Assembly (NCBI GenBank): GCA_040755995.1
Contig: JBFMAF010000054.1
Coordinates: 1-64,000 of the forward strand
Reading direction: 5' to 3'
Origin: Acidobacteriota bacterium
GTDB taxonomy: Bacteria > Acidobacteriota > CAIWXX01
Length of the DNA: 64,000 bases
Below, one piece after another: positions 1 through 9,416 of the stretch (position 1 is the first letter of the stretch; every line of letters starts with the position of its first letter). The translations under genes and the position numbers were made by a program. The notes beneath the pieces were generated by a model. It did not search any database, was not told the origin of the DNA, and saw only the letters and a list, made by a program, of their open reading frames with translations.

Positions 1-150
1 ACTGTGCGGGGGGGGGGAATTCGAGCCGGTGCCAGATCACGCGGCGGACAGGGGAGAGCAATCCCCGCCAGCGACACCGCCGTCGAGATGGCTACCTCAG
101 AGAAGCCACCTGTCACAGCAATGCCCCCTCTTGCCGCTTGTCATGGTGGA

Positions 151-220
151 CGGATACCAGACTTCGAAGGTGGGGGTCAACGTTTCTTTTTCTCTTTTCT
201 CTATTTCTCTATTTTCTTTC
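151..220 (-). promoter_or_regulatory. Possible sigma70 promoter with A-rich upstream tract, firing toward the left window edge
   Basis: On the minus strand TTGACC (175-180), 18 nt, weak TGG-TATCCG (151-156); A-rich tract at 183-220 upstream. Confidence 0.35.
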
Positions 221-497
221 GGGTCTTCGGCAGAATTCGTGGGTTGAGTGAATGGCAAGATGTCGTTTCCACGCCCTCCAGCAGGGTCGAAGCGGATGTT
301 GCAAGCCCCACCGTTATCCGTGCTCAGATCCAAGACCATCGGGAACGCGCTCCGGAAAGGGAGCAGATGAAGAAGAATCAGGGGATTTCCGCCAGTCTTG
401 CCTGGGCGAGCCATTCGATCTTGCCCACAGATTCTGCTGAAGAGGCTTTCTTTCTTTGGTCGAGGCTACCTGGGCGGGCCCCAAGCGGACCTGGGCT

Positions 498-1778
498 CTA
501 CGCCAGCGTCCTGTCGGCTCCGTCGTGGTCGGAACCCGCCCCCAGGCGTAAAATGCGATCGAAGCGGGTGAGCTGTGCCTTGACGTCGACGCCGTACGGG
601 CAGCGCCTCATGCACGGCGCGGAACATCCCTGGCACGACGCGACCTGCTCGCGTCCCATCTCCTGCGCGTACCTGCTCATCGCGTATCGTTCGCGGTGGT
701 AGTCTTCGAAGTAGGATCCCAACCGCATCAGGACGTTTATCTCGACGCCGTATGGGCAGGCGTCATGGCAGTCGCCGCACCCGATGCGGCAGGTCCGCGG
801 AGAAAGGTGGGCGGCGTACTGCTGGAGCCGCTCCTGGTCGAGCGTGGCGAGCTTCTGTCCGGACGACTTTACGTACTCCTCCACCTCCATCGGTGTCGAG
901 AGCGTCTTGACGATTCCGCTGACCCCCGGGTTCTGGAGCACCCACCGCAGGCACAGGTGCATGTACGAAACTCCGCCCGCGTCCTTTGCCATCGATTGCA
1001 GCTGCGCCTTCTCAGCCTCGCTGGCCCTGGCCACCGTCTTCATCGCGATGACTCCGATGCCGGCGGCCTTCGCCTTCGCGATCACAGCGTCGACCTCCTG
1101 GAGCGTCCCGCCGCCTTCTCGCCCGAGGAAGGAATATGCCGGCATGATGATGTCGATCTTGCCCGTGTCGATCGCCTTGTTGAGAAGCGCGATCTTCGCA
1201 TTGGGCCCGTGGCTGGAAGCAGCGACGAATCGCACCATCCCGCGCTTCTTCGCCTCCTCTATCGCGGCCCAGTAGCCCGGCGCATTGAGGCGCGCCTGCT
1301 CGTCCCCCTTTCGTTCTCCGAGCGCATGGATCATCCAGGCGTCGACATAGTCGGTGTTGAGAAGTCTTAGCGATTTCTCCAGGGAGGCCAGACAGGTCTC
1401 CTTGCTCACGGTCTCAGGGTAGTGGCCGGGATACGGAACGTGGTCGCAGATCTTTGAAAGGATGAAGACCTGCTTGCGCTTCTCCTTGCCCAGCTTCAGG
1501 AACGCCTCGCCTATGATCTTGTGGCTGTTGCCGTAGTCGGGCGCCGAGTCGATGTAGTTGATGCCCAGCTCGACGGCTCGAATTACCGTCGCCGGGGAGC
1601 CGAGGTTTCCGCCTCCCAGACACAGGTCGCTGACGCTGAAACCCGTCTTCCCCAGCGGCCGATAGGCCTTGATTCCCGGGCCGGGGGCGGGTGCGGGACT
1701 CGGTTGAGCGTCGAGGTGAATGGCGGCCAGCCCTCCAGTGGCCAGAGTCGCTGATTTCACGAAATCGCGGCGGTTCAT
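498..1778 (-). CDS. Tat-signal aldo/keto reductase with C-terminal 4Fe-4S dicluster
   Basis: MNRRDFVKS twin-arginine start after GGAGGGG; YRPLGKTG..VS, GINYIDSAPDYG AKR motifs; CRIGCGDCHDACP and CQGCSAPCMRRCP. Confidence 0.9.
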   Translation of the reverse strand: MNRRDFVKSATLATGGLAAIHLDAQPSPAPAPGPGIKAYRPLGKTGFSVSDLCLGGGNLGSPATVIRAVELGINYIDSAPDYGNSHKIIGEAFLKLGKEKRKQVFILSKICDHVPYPGHYPETVSKETCLASLEKSLRLLNTDYVDAWMIHALGERKGDEQARLNAPGYWAAIEEAKKRGMVRFVAASSHGPNAKIALLNKAIDTGKIDIIMPAYSFLGREGGGTLQEVDAVIAKAKAAGIGVIAMKTVARASEAEKAQLQSMAKDAGGVSYMHLCLRWVLQNPGVSGIVKTLSTPMEVEEYVKSSGQKLATLDQERLQQYAAHLSPRTCRIGCGDCHDACPYGVEINVLMRLGSYFEDYHRERYAMSRYAQEMGREQVASCQGCSAPCMRRCPYGVDVKAQLTRFDRILRLGAGSDHDGADRTLA

Positions 1779-1917
1779 GTCCCCTCCGTTCTGCCAGTCA
1801 TGCGCAGGCCATGAGTTACCCAGCTCATCATGGCATATCATACGTCAGCAGCGCACCTCGGGTTCAAGTTCAAGCCCGGCGGGATGGGCGACAACCCGAA
1901 GGGGTGCCGATTCCGGT

Positions 1918-1946
1918 TTGCAATTGGCGCCAGCGTCCAATATTGT
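1918..1946 (+). promoter_or_regulatory. Putative sigma70 promoter for the GAF-GAF-PP2C gene
   Basis: TTGCAA-N17-TATTGT, 31 nt before ATG 1978. Confidence 0.5.
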
Positions 1947-1977
1947 AAACGGCCGTGTGCGAGAGAGAGGTCTGAAG

Positions 1978-3705
1978 ATGGATGCCCAGTTTCTGCTGAA
2001 GGCGAGCAAGCTGCTGAGCTCGACGCTCGACTACGACGAGCTGCTCACGCGGATCGTGGAGGTGACGACGGAGGCGGTGGAGGCCGAGACCGGGTCGGTG
2101 CTGCTCTACGACGCCCAGGCCGATGGGCTGGTTTTCGAAGTGGCGTTGGGCGAGAAGACCGGGCAGCTCAAGGAGCTGGTTTTCAAGAGCGGCATGGGGA
2201 TCGCCGGTCACGTGTTCGACACCGGTGAGCCGGCAATCGCCAACGAGGCTCGGATGGATCCACGTTTTGCAAGCGAAGTGGACCACATGATCGGGTTCTC
2301 GACCCGGTCGGTCCTTTGCGTGCCACTGCTCCTTCGCGGCGCCACGATCGGTGTGGTCGAAGCGATCAACAAGCGCGCCGGCGGTGGATTCAGCGACGAG
2401 GATGCACGCCTGATGAGGTCGCTGGCGGATCTCATCGCGGTCGCCATCGAGAACAGCCGGCTCTACCGGCGGGCCAAGAGGGAACAGCGGGAGAAGAACT
2501 CGCTCCTGGAAGTGGCGAAGCGGATCAATTCCGCCCTGGACCTGGACGAGGTTCTCGACATGATCGCTGACTCCATGCACGAGGTAATCCACTATGATGC
2601 GCTCGGCATCTACCTGCTCGATCCATCCACTCAAAACCTCAAGAGCCTCACCGCGCGCGGCTTCAGCGATGCCACCGTGGAGTCACTTCGGTTGAAGTTC
2701 GGCGAGGGTATTGTCGGGTGGTGTATACGAAACGGCGAGTCGGCTCTGGTGCCCGATGTGTCGAAGGACCCGAGATACAAGAAGGCGCGAGAAACGACAC
2801 GATCTGAGATCGTGGCCCCTCTGTTCATAGCCGGCAGGTTCCTCGGGGCGTTGAGCCTCGAGAGCGATCGCTACGCAGCCTGGAACCTGCGGGAACTCGA
2901 GATGCTCAAGGCGTTCGCCGGTCAGGTGTCGGTCACGATCGAGAAGGCGATGCTGCACCGAGAGCTTGTTGAGACGCGGCAGATGGAGCGCGAGATATCG
3001 GTGGCACACCGGATTCAGGCGAGCCTGCTGCCGAGGGGCCAGCCGAGCGTGCCGGGATACGAATTCGCCGGGATGAACACGCCGTCCGAGCGGGTGGGCG
3101 GGGACTACTACGACTTCATCCGACTGATGGACACGCAGTTGGGAATCGTGATCTCTGATGTCTCCGGGAAGGGGATTCCCGCGGCCATCATCATGGCCAG
3201 CTTCCGCGCCAGCTTGCTCGCTGAGATCCGCAACAACTATGCCATACGGACGATTCTGGCCAAGGTCGGAAGGCTGCTGAGGGAGTCGTTTGAGCCGCAC
3301 CACTATGTCACCGCCGTTTACGGTGTTCTGGACCTGCCGAACCGTGTCTTCACGTATGCAAATGCCGGACACAACCCTCCGGTGCTTGTGCGCAGCGACG
3401 GGAGCGTGAGATTCCTCAAGGAAGGCGGCCTGCCCCTCTGCGCCGTCGAGTCCGGGGGCTACACTGAGAAGCGCCTTCACCTGCGCACTGGAGACCTGTT
3501 GGTGTTTTACACTGACGGCGTGAGCGAGGCCTTCAGTCCGGAGCAGGCAGAATTCGGCCTGGACCGCCTGGTTTCGGTGCTCAAGGCCCACTACCACGAG
3601 CCGGCCCGCGTGATCGTGGGAAGGGTGATTGATGCCGTCCAGGAATTCATCGGGGCCGGCACCCAGTCCGACGACGTCACCCTGGTCGCTGTCAAGGTGC
3701 TCTGA
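1978..3705 (+). CDS. Tandem-GAF SpoIIE/RsbU-like PP2C phosphatase
   Basis: Two GAF repeats, then VGGDYYD, DVSGKG, NAGHNPP, YTDGV and DDVT PP2C motifs. Confidence 0.92.
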   Translation: MDAQFLLKASKLLSSTLDYDELLTRIVEVTTEAVEAETGSVLLYDAQADGLVFEVALGEKTGQLKELVFKSGMGIAGHVFDTGEPAIANEARMDPRFASEVDHMIGFSTRSVLCVPLLLRGATIGVVEAINKRAGGGFSDEDARLMRSLADLIAVAIENSRLYRRAKREQREKNSLLEVAKRINSALDLDEVLDMIADSMHEVIHYDALGIYLLDPSTQNLKSLTARGFSDATVESLRLKFGEGIVGWCIRNGESALVPDVSKDPRYKKARETTRSEIVAPLFIAGRFLGALSLESDRYAAWNLRELEMLKAFAGQVSVTIEKAMLHRELVETRQMEREISVAHRIQASLLPRGQPSVPGYEFAGMNTPSERVGGDYYDFIRLMDTQLGIVISDVSGKGIPAAIIMASFRASLLAEIRNNYAIRTILAKVGRLLRESFEPHHYVTAVYGVLDLPNRVFTYANAGHNPPVLVRSDGSVRFLKEGGLPLCAVESGGYTEKRLHLRTGDLLVFYTDGVSEAFSPEQAEFGLDRLVSVLKAHYHEPARVIVGRVIDAVQEFIGAGTQSDDVTLVAVKVL

Positions 3706-4148
3706 CCCCAGTCTGCTTCTCGGGGCTGCCAGCGCCTCGTGTCGAGAGTGAGGCCCGAAATCCGCGCACGGTCCGGAGCGGGCACACAGCAGAACCCTGA
3801 ACTGATGACGCACCCGCACGCGTGGTGGTTTCTGCCGCCTCAAGCCACGTCGGTCGCTTCGGGGAGCTGGCAGCAGGTCATATTTTCATTCTGGAGTCAT
3901 CTTGATTCGTTATATGGCATGTAATGCGGCAGACCTCATCGCGCAGCTTGCAGCTGAAGCGTGACCCACTAACCCGCGTAACCAACCATCGAGACGGAGG
4001 GGCTCCCGTGGGGCAGCATGCCATCCGCCATTCAAACGGACGGCTGGACTACTGCTGCTCGACGCAGAACAGACGATAGGTCGTTCGTCAGAAGTCCAAG
4101 AACGGACCGGAAATGACAAAGAACCAGAAAGAAAGGAGACCGGGGGAC

Positions 4149-4859
4149 ATGAGGAAATTGCTGATTGCCGCAAGCCTTGTCTTGCTGCTCGCAGCGACAG
4201 CGGCGGCTGGTGTGCGGTTTGTGCCTCTCGAAGAGGTGGCTGCAGAGGCCGACTACGGCGTCATCGGCAGGGTGGTCGACAAGTACTGCGCGTGGGATGA
4301 CGAGCACAGGATAATCTGGACACACTACGTCGTGGACCGCGTGGAACTGGTGTTCGGCGAGGACGTGGGACCCCGGTTCGAGATGAAATTCGCCGGCGGC
4401 ACCGTGGGCGAGAAGACCATGATCCTCACGCAGACGCCCGAGCTCGAGCTTGGTCTGGAATACGTCCTGTTCGCCTATGACGATGCGAAGAAATACTCGG
4501 CACCGACGGTTGGGCACTACCAGGGGCTGTTCAGGATCGTCAGAGATCCCGACAGCGGGCTAGCCCAGCTGGTCAACGGCCAAGGCAGGCTCATCGCCGC
4601 CGATCCGGCTGGCGAAGTCATCACGGGCCCTTACGTCGATTTCATCGATACCCACCACATCCGGTTCGCCTCGCAGATGCGGGAGGAGGCGGGTGAGAAG
4701 GAAGTCGACCCTGTGATTCGCGACTACGCCGGCAGGCGAGTCCGTCCCGGTCCACCCGAGATGGCCCCGGTCGAACCGGCCTTGACACCGGTTGACCTGG
4801 AGCAGTTCGTCGAACACATGATCGAGCTGCGGGCTCGTTTTCGGGCGGATGAGCGGTAG
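4149..4859 (+). CDS. Secreted protein, putative TIMP/NTR-like beta-barrel
   Basis: Signal peptide MRKLLIAASLVLLLAATAAA; ADYGVIGRVV, AGGTVG, GLEYVLF, GHYQGLF pattern; RBS upstream. Confidence 0.7.
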   Translation: MRKLLIAASLVLLLAATAAAGVRFVPLEEVAAEADYGVIGRVVDKYCAWDDEHRIIWTHYVVDRVELVFGEDVGPRFEMKFAGGTVGEKTMILTQTPELELGLEYVLFAYDDAKKYSAPTVGHYQGLFRIVRDPDSGLAQLVNGQGRLIAADPAGEVITGPYVDFIDTHHIRFASQMREEAGEKEVDPVIRDYAGRRVRPGPPEMAPVEPALTPVDLEQFVEHMIELRARFRADER

Positions 4860-4868
4860 GAGGGGACA

Positions 4869-6350
4869 ATGAGAAAGATCGCGATGATCCTGACTGTGGT
4901 TCTCGCAGCAGCGGCGCCCGCGCTCGCGCAGACCAGCGCCGACTGGTACGGCTGCTGGTGCGGCGGCTATTCGACGCAGCCCAAGACCGTGTACTGCTAC
5001 GAAGGCAGCGGGTTCTCCGGGGGTTGCACTTCACAGATCAACTACTGGAATACCCACGGGGGTGTCTTCTCGCTGGGCACCAACCTGACGGCCATCGGCG
5101 CGCCGGGCAATGGCAAGAGCGAGATCAACTGCCCGATCACCAGCTCGCAGGCGAGCAGCGTCTACGGGTACACCATGCAGTCCTCACTCTACGGCGTGGC
5201 CCTGATGGAACCCAGCTCGGCGTTCGGCAACTTCAACGCGTGCGAGGACATCGGATCCCCCAACGGGCAGCCGTCGGGATATGGTTGCGCGAGCTGGACA
5301 CAGGCCGACGTCCTGGTCAACTCCGGGTTCTCCTCGGGATGGACCACATCGTACACGGCATACAACGGCAAGGCAGTCGTCCAGACGACCGTGCTCCACG
5401 AGGTGGGTCACACGTTGGGCTTCCACCACGTGTTCAAACACTTCTCAACGATGAACTACATGAACGACGATTCCGGCTGGTTCGTCACGCGGATTGACGG
5501 CAGTTCCGAGCGCGCACACTACCCGAGCGTCGCGAAGAGCGTGACGGACGCCGGCGTGTATCCCTTCAAGTACGGCTCTGCTCAGTACGCCGAGACATAC
5601 GCCACGTTCACCCCGACCTCCGTGGCTGCCGGCGGAACCGTGTCCCTCTCGAATCTCCGCGTTGAGAACGTCGGTTCGGCCTCCAGCCTATCCAACGTGG
5701 TCGTCACCTTCTACCTCTCGACCGACACCTCCATTACCACCGCCGACACCGCGATTGGGACCCTGAGCTGGACGTCTTTTTCGACCTGGTGGGAGTCTTC
5801 CTCCGCAATCAGCCTGACGATCCCGTCCAGCAAGGCCGCTGGAACCTACTACATCGGTGGCATCATCACCGTCGCCGGCTCGCAGGACTCCGTAACAATC
5901 AACAACTCGTTCCTGGTCCGCACTAGGAGCGGCTCCTCGGGGACCCCGCGCGCTCTCTCGGTGACCTCCGGCGGAGGCGGCGGGACGACGATGAACGAGA
6001 CAGAGTCGAACAACTCCCGCACATACGCCAACCTCGTCTCTACATCGGGCACGACCGTGACCGGCTACATCAGCACCTCGTCCGACGTTGACTACTTCAA
6101 GGTCGTGATCCCGACGAAGAAGACGCTGTCGGTCAGCGTCGTGGTGCCCGCGACCACTTCGATCGACTACGACGTGAAGCTCTACGACAGCAGCGGCTAC
6201 TACCTGACGGGCTCGGAGAAGGACGCCGGCCAGAACGAGTCGTTCACCTACTACAACTCGTCCAGCTACTCCAAGACCGTCTACATCAAGGTCTACCCAT
6301 ACTCAGGCTACTCCACCACACAGCCCTACAAGATGACGGTGAGCTGGTAG
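4869..6350 (+). CDS. Secreted matrixin-like zinc metalloprotease with CARDB-like and PPC-like C-terminal domains
   Basis: Signal peptide; HEVGHTLGFHH (HExxHxxGxxH) plus STMNY Met-turn; FYLSTDTSITTAD and ETESNN..DVDYF..DYDVKLYD; AGGAGG RBS. Confidence 0.88.
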   Translation: MRKIAMILTVVLAAAAPALAQTSADWYGCWCGGYSTQPKTVYCYEGSGFSGGCTSQINYWNTHGGVFSLGTNLTAIGAPGNGKSEINCPITSSQASSVYGYTMQSSLYGVALMEPSSAFGNFNACEDIGSPNGQPSGYGCASWTQADVLVNSGFSSGWTTSYTAYNGKAVVQTTVLHEVGHTLGFHHVFKHFSTMNYMNDDSGWFVTRIDGSSERAHYPSVAKSVTDAGVYPFKYGSAQYAETYATFTPTSVAAGGTVSLSNLRVENVGSASSLSNVVVTFYLSTDTSITTADTAIGTLSWTSFSTWWESSSAISLTIPSSKAAGTYYIGGIITVAGSQDSVTINNSFLVRTRSGSSGTPRALSVTSGGGGGTTMNETESNNSRTYANLVSTSGTTVTGYISTSSDVDYFKVVIPTKKTLSVSVVVPATTSIDYDVKLYDSSGYYLTGSEKDAGQNESFTYYNSSSYSKTVYIKVYPYSGYSTTQPYKMTVSW

Positions 6351-6383
6351 TCGAGTAGCGCGGAGCGGACCCGCAGACGACAG

Positions 6384-6414
6384 GGGAGCCCGGGCAACCG
6401 GGCTCCCTTTCTTT
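6384..6414 (+). terminator. Rho-independent terminator
   Basis: GGGAGCCCGG-gcaa-CCGGGCTCCC followed by TTTCTTT. Confidence 0.88.
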
Positions 6415-6599
6415 ATTGGCACCCCGCGGTGGGGGTGGTTGACCCTACCGGCTCCACCGCGCTGCAACCCAGCTCCCGGAGCCACCGCGCTTGCGCGGCC
6501 GAGACCTCTCGTCTAAGATGCCGCTCTGTAGCAGGCGGCAGCGATGACGCGCATGAGAGAGGAGCATGAAGGATGGGGGAGAACAGGATGAGGACGCAA

Positions 6600-8030
6600 A
6601 TGGGGCGGAAGACGAAGATCATCGCAACGATCGGACCCGCCTCGGATTCGGTGCAGACGCTGGCTCGCATGATCGCGGAAGGGCTCGACGTCGTGCGGTT
6701 GAACTTCTCTCACGGCACGCACGAATCTCATGCGAACACGATCGCGCGCGTGCACGAAGCGCGCCGGGTCACCGGCTATCATATCCCGATCCTGCAGGAT
6801 CTGCAGGGCCCGCGCATCCGCATCGGCAAGCTCCCCGGCGACCAGGTGGAGCTGGTGGAGGGGAAGGGTATCATCCTGTCGACGCGCAAGGACCGCGCGC
6901 CAGCCGGGTCGATCCCTACCGACTACGAGGCCCTGGCCCGGGACGTGAGGCAGGGCGACCACATCCTGATCAATGATGGGCTGCTGGAGCTCGAGGTCAA
7001 GTCGACCGACGGTCTGGACGCGCAGTGCGTGGTGGTTCGAGGCGGCCTGGTGAGGTCGCATAAAGGGATCAACCTGCCGGGTGTGAACGTGACTGCCGAG
7101 GCGCTCACGCAGAAAGACCTTGATGACCTGTCCTTCGGCATCGAGCACGGGGTGGACCTGGTCGCACTGTCCTTCGTGCGCAGCGCGTCGGACGTGTTGC
7201 GCCTGAAGCAGGAGATTGCGTCGCGCGGCGGGGACGCGTGGGTGGTTGCGAAGATAGAGAGAAAGGAGGCCATCGACGAGATCGACGAGATCGTCCGCGA
7301 GTCGGACGCGGTGATGGTCGCGCGCGGGGACCTGGGGGTGGAGCTCCCGGGCGAACGGGTCCCGATACTGCAGAAGATGATCATCGCGACGTGCAACAGC
7401 CGGAGCACCCCGGTGATCACGGCAACGCAGATGCTGGAGTCCATGGTGTCTTCTCAACGACCGACCCGCGCCGAGCTCACCGACGTGGCCAACGCCGTCA
7501 TCGACGGGACCGACATGGTCATGCTGTCCGCCGAGACCGGCGTCGGCCAGTATCCGGTCGAAACCGTGGCGATGATGGACAAGATCATCGGCGAGGCCGA
7601 GTCGCTGGGGATTCAACGACACCCCCCGGTGCTCGCTCCGGCAGGCCTCGAAGATCACGTGCTCATGGCGATTGCGCACGCCGCCTGCGTACTGTCGCAG
7701 CAGGTGGATGCGCGGGCAATCGTCCCCTTCACGCACTCCGGCAAGACTGCCCAATCCATCGGCTCATACAGGCCCGCAGCCCAGATCCTCGCCGCCACGA
7801 GCAGCCTGCGCACCGCGCAGAAGCTCAATGCACTCTGGGGAACGCACGGGCTGTTCGTGGAGCCTTCGGATGACACCGACGGCACCGTCCTCCGCGTCGA
7901 ACAGGAGCTGCTCCGGCTCGGCCTGATTCATCGCGGGGACCGCATGGTGGTAACCGCCGGCGTCCCGCTCTTCGTCAAGGCCACTACCAACATGGTCCGC
8001 GTGCACACGGTGGAGGGCCCGAAAGCATGA
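6600..8030 (+). CDS. pyk: Pyruvate kinase (start could be 6573 or 6588)
   Basis: KTKIIATIGPAS, RLNFSHG, DLQGPRIR, MVARGDLGVE, ATQMLESM, MLSAET. Confidence 0.97.
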   Translation: MGRKTKIIATIGPASDSVQTLARMIAEGLDVVRLNFSHGTHESHANTIARVHEARRVTGYHIPILQDLQGPRIRIGKLPGDQVELVEGKGIILSTRKDRAPAGSIPTDYEALARDVRQGDHILINDGLLELEVKSTDGLDAQCVVVRGGLVRSHKGINLPGVNVTAEALTQKDLDDLSFGIEHGVDLVALSFVRSASDVLRLKQEIASRGGDAWVVAKIERKEAIDEIDEIVRESDAVMVARGDLGVELPGERVPILQKMIIATCNSRSTPVITATQMLESMVSSQRPTRAELTDVANAVIDGTDMVMLSAETGVGQYPVETVAMMDKIIGEAESLGIQRHPPVLAPAGLEDHVLMAIAHAACVLSQQVDARAIVPFTHSGKTAQSIGSYRPAAQILAATSSLRTAQKLNALWGTHGLFVEPSDDTDGTVLRVEQELLRLGLIHRGDRMVVTAGVPLFVKATTNMVRVHTVEGPKA

Positions 8031-8061
8031 AGTCCAACGTCTTGAAGAGGGCGGAACGGTC

Positions 8062-8706
8062 ATGATCATCGATGCTGTCTGTGTCGGGATGTTCCAGGTC
8101 AACTGCTACCTTCTGGCTGATGAGTCCGCTGGAATCGGAGTACTGGTCGATCCGGGCGACGAGGGTGAAAGCATCCTGGAGATGATTCGCGGTCACGGAG
8201 TCAACGTCTCTGACATCTTGATCACCCACTCGCACCTCGATCACGTCGGCGCTCTGGATGAAGTTCGCGATGCGCTCGGCGCCAGGGTGCACATGAACCC
8301 GAAGGAGCTGCCGATGTTCGAACGGGTGCCGGCGCAGGGGCTCGCGTTCGGTCTGCGCATGCGGCAACCACGCGCACCCGAAGAGGAACTGATCGACGAT
8401 CAAGTGCTGCAGCTCGGCGGGCTCGCGATACGCGTCATCGAGACGCCGGGGCACTCGCCGGGCGGCGTGTGCCTCCTTCTTGAGCAGCCCGGCCGCCTGC
8501 TCCTGACCGGCGACACGCTGTTCGCCGGCGGCATCGGGCGCACGGATCTATGGGGCGGCTCATACGATCAGCTCATCGACTCGATCAAGAAGAGGCTGTT
8601 GTCACTCGACGACGATCTCGCCGTCTACCCGGGACACGGGCCGCCGACCACGATCGGAGAGGAACGGAGGAACAACCCGTTCCTGCAAGACGGCCTGCAA
8701 TGGTAG
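8062..8706 (+). CDS. MBL-fold metallo-hydrolase (glyoxalase II/YcbL-like)
   Basis: THSHLDHVG, TPGHSPG, GDTLFAGGIGRTDL, YPGHGPPTTIG. Confidence 0.93.
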   Translation: MIIDAVCVGMFQVNCYLLADESAGIGVLVDPGDEGESILEMIRGHGVNVSDILITHSHLDHVGALDEVRDALGARVHMNPKELPMFERVPAQGLAFGLRMRQPRAPEEELIDDQVLQLGGLAIRVIETPGHSPGGVCLLLEQPGRLLLTGDTLFAGGIGRTDLWGGSYDQLIDSIKKRLLSLDDDLAVYPGHGPPTTIGEERRNNPFLQDGLQW

Positions 8707-8892
8707 AGTGTGCGTGGGCGACCAGGATGCGACAACCCGTCGCCGGCGCAGACACGCTGGCGCAGGCCGACGGCCGGTATGTCCGGCTGGTACGGTGCCA
8801 GGGCTATGCCGCCGGTTTGGGGCGAAAAAAACAACACTTGACATTTGGCTGATTGTTTGACATACGTATGTGTGGATCAGGATTGGGGGCGC

Positions 8893-9258
8893 ATGGTAGA
8901 AACCCCACTTGGCAAGCCCGCGGAGACGGGGCCCGCAGGCGTCGATGGGCAGGGGAGTGTCCGGAGCCCCGCAAGAGCGCACCGGCGCTTCAAGCTTGCC
9001 TGGACCGTCAAGGTGGTCGGGCACGATGTGGGGGGCAGAAGGTTTGTGGAGGTGGCACCGACGGTGGATGTGAGTCTGGGAGGGTTGAGCTTCATCTCGG
9101 AGTTCGAGTTGCGACGCGGCGATGTGCTTCACACCTCGCTGCTCGACAGCACGGATTCCGGTTTTGTACTTCGGTCGACCGCTCGGGTTGTTCACGTGCA
9201 GAACCCGGATTCAAACGGGGCCCGGCGGGTCGGCGCGCAGTTCATAGAGGGACTGTGA
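8893..9258 (+). CDS. Stand-alone PilZ domain protein
   Basis: RAHRR (RxxxR) and DVSLGG (DxSxxG) c-di-GMP-binding motifs, VGAQF ending. Confidence 0.82.
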   Translation: MVETPLGKPAETGPAGVDGQGSVRSPARAHRRFKLAWTVKVVGHDVGGRRFVEVAPTVDVSLGGLSFISEFELRRGDVLHTSLLDSTDSGFVLRSTARVVHVQNPDSNGARRVGAQFIEGL

Positions 9259-9416
9259 ATATGTACTGCTCTCATACCCCCATGGGAGCTTTACCCTCCT
9301 TCAACAACTCGTCCCAGGTCGTCTAGGCGACCTGGGACCCTCTTTTTCTCCGCAGTTTTGACATCCCCGAAAAGCCTCTGCTACACTTCCGCACGCGAGA
9401 GTCGAAAGGAGCCTGC

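Noticed and set aside
4..702. 232-aa plus-strand ORF at the left edge
   Set aside because: Runs through a pyrimidine tract and antisense to the AKR gene; not protein-like
498..1778. Tat signal on an NAD(P)H-dependent AKR with Fe-S clusters
   Set aside because: A widespread, already annotated architecture
6513..7754. Long antisense or alternate-frame ORFs (also 9504-10916, 24480-25325, 41740-43089, 60655-61938 and many others)
   Set aside because: Shadows of well-supported genes in high-GC DNA; no recognisable motifs
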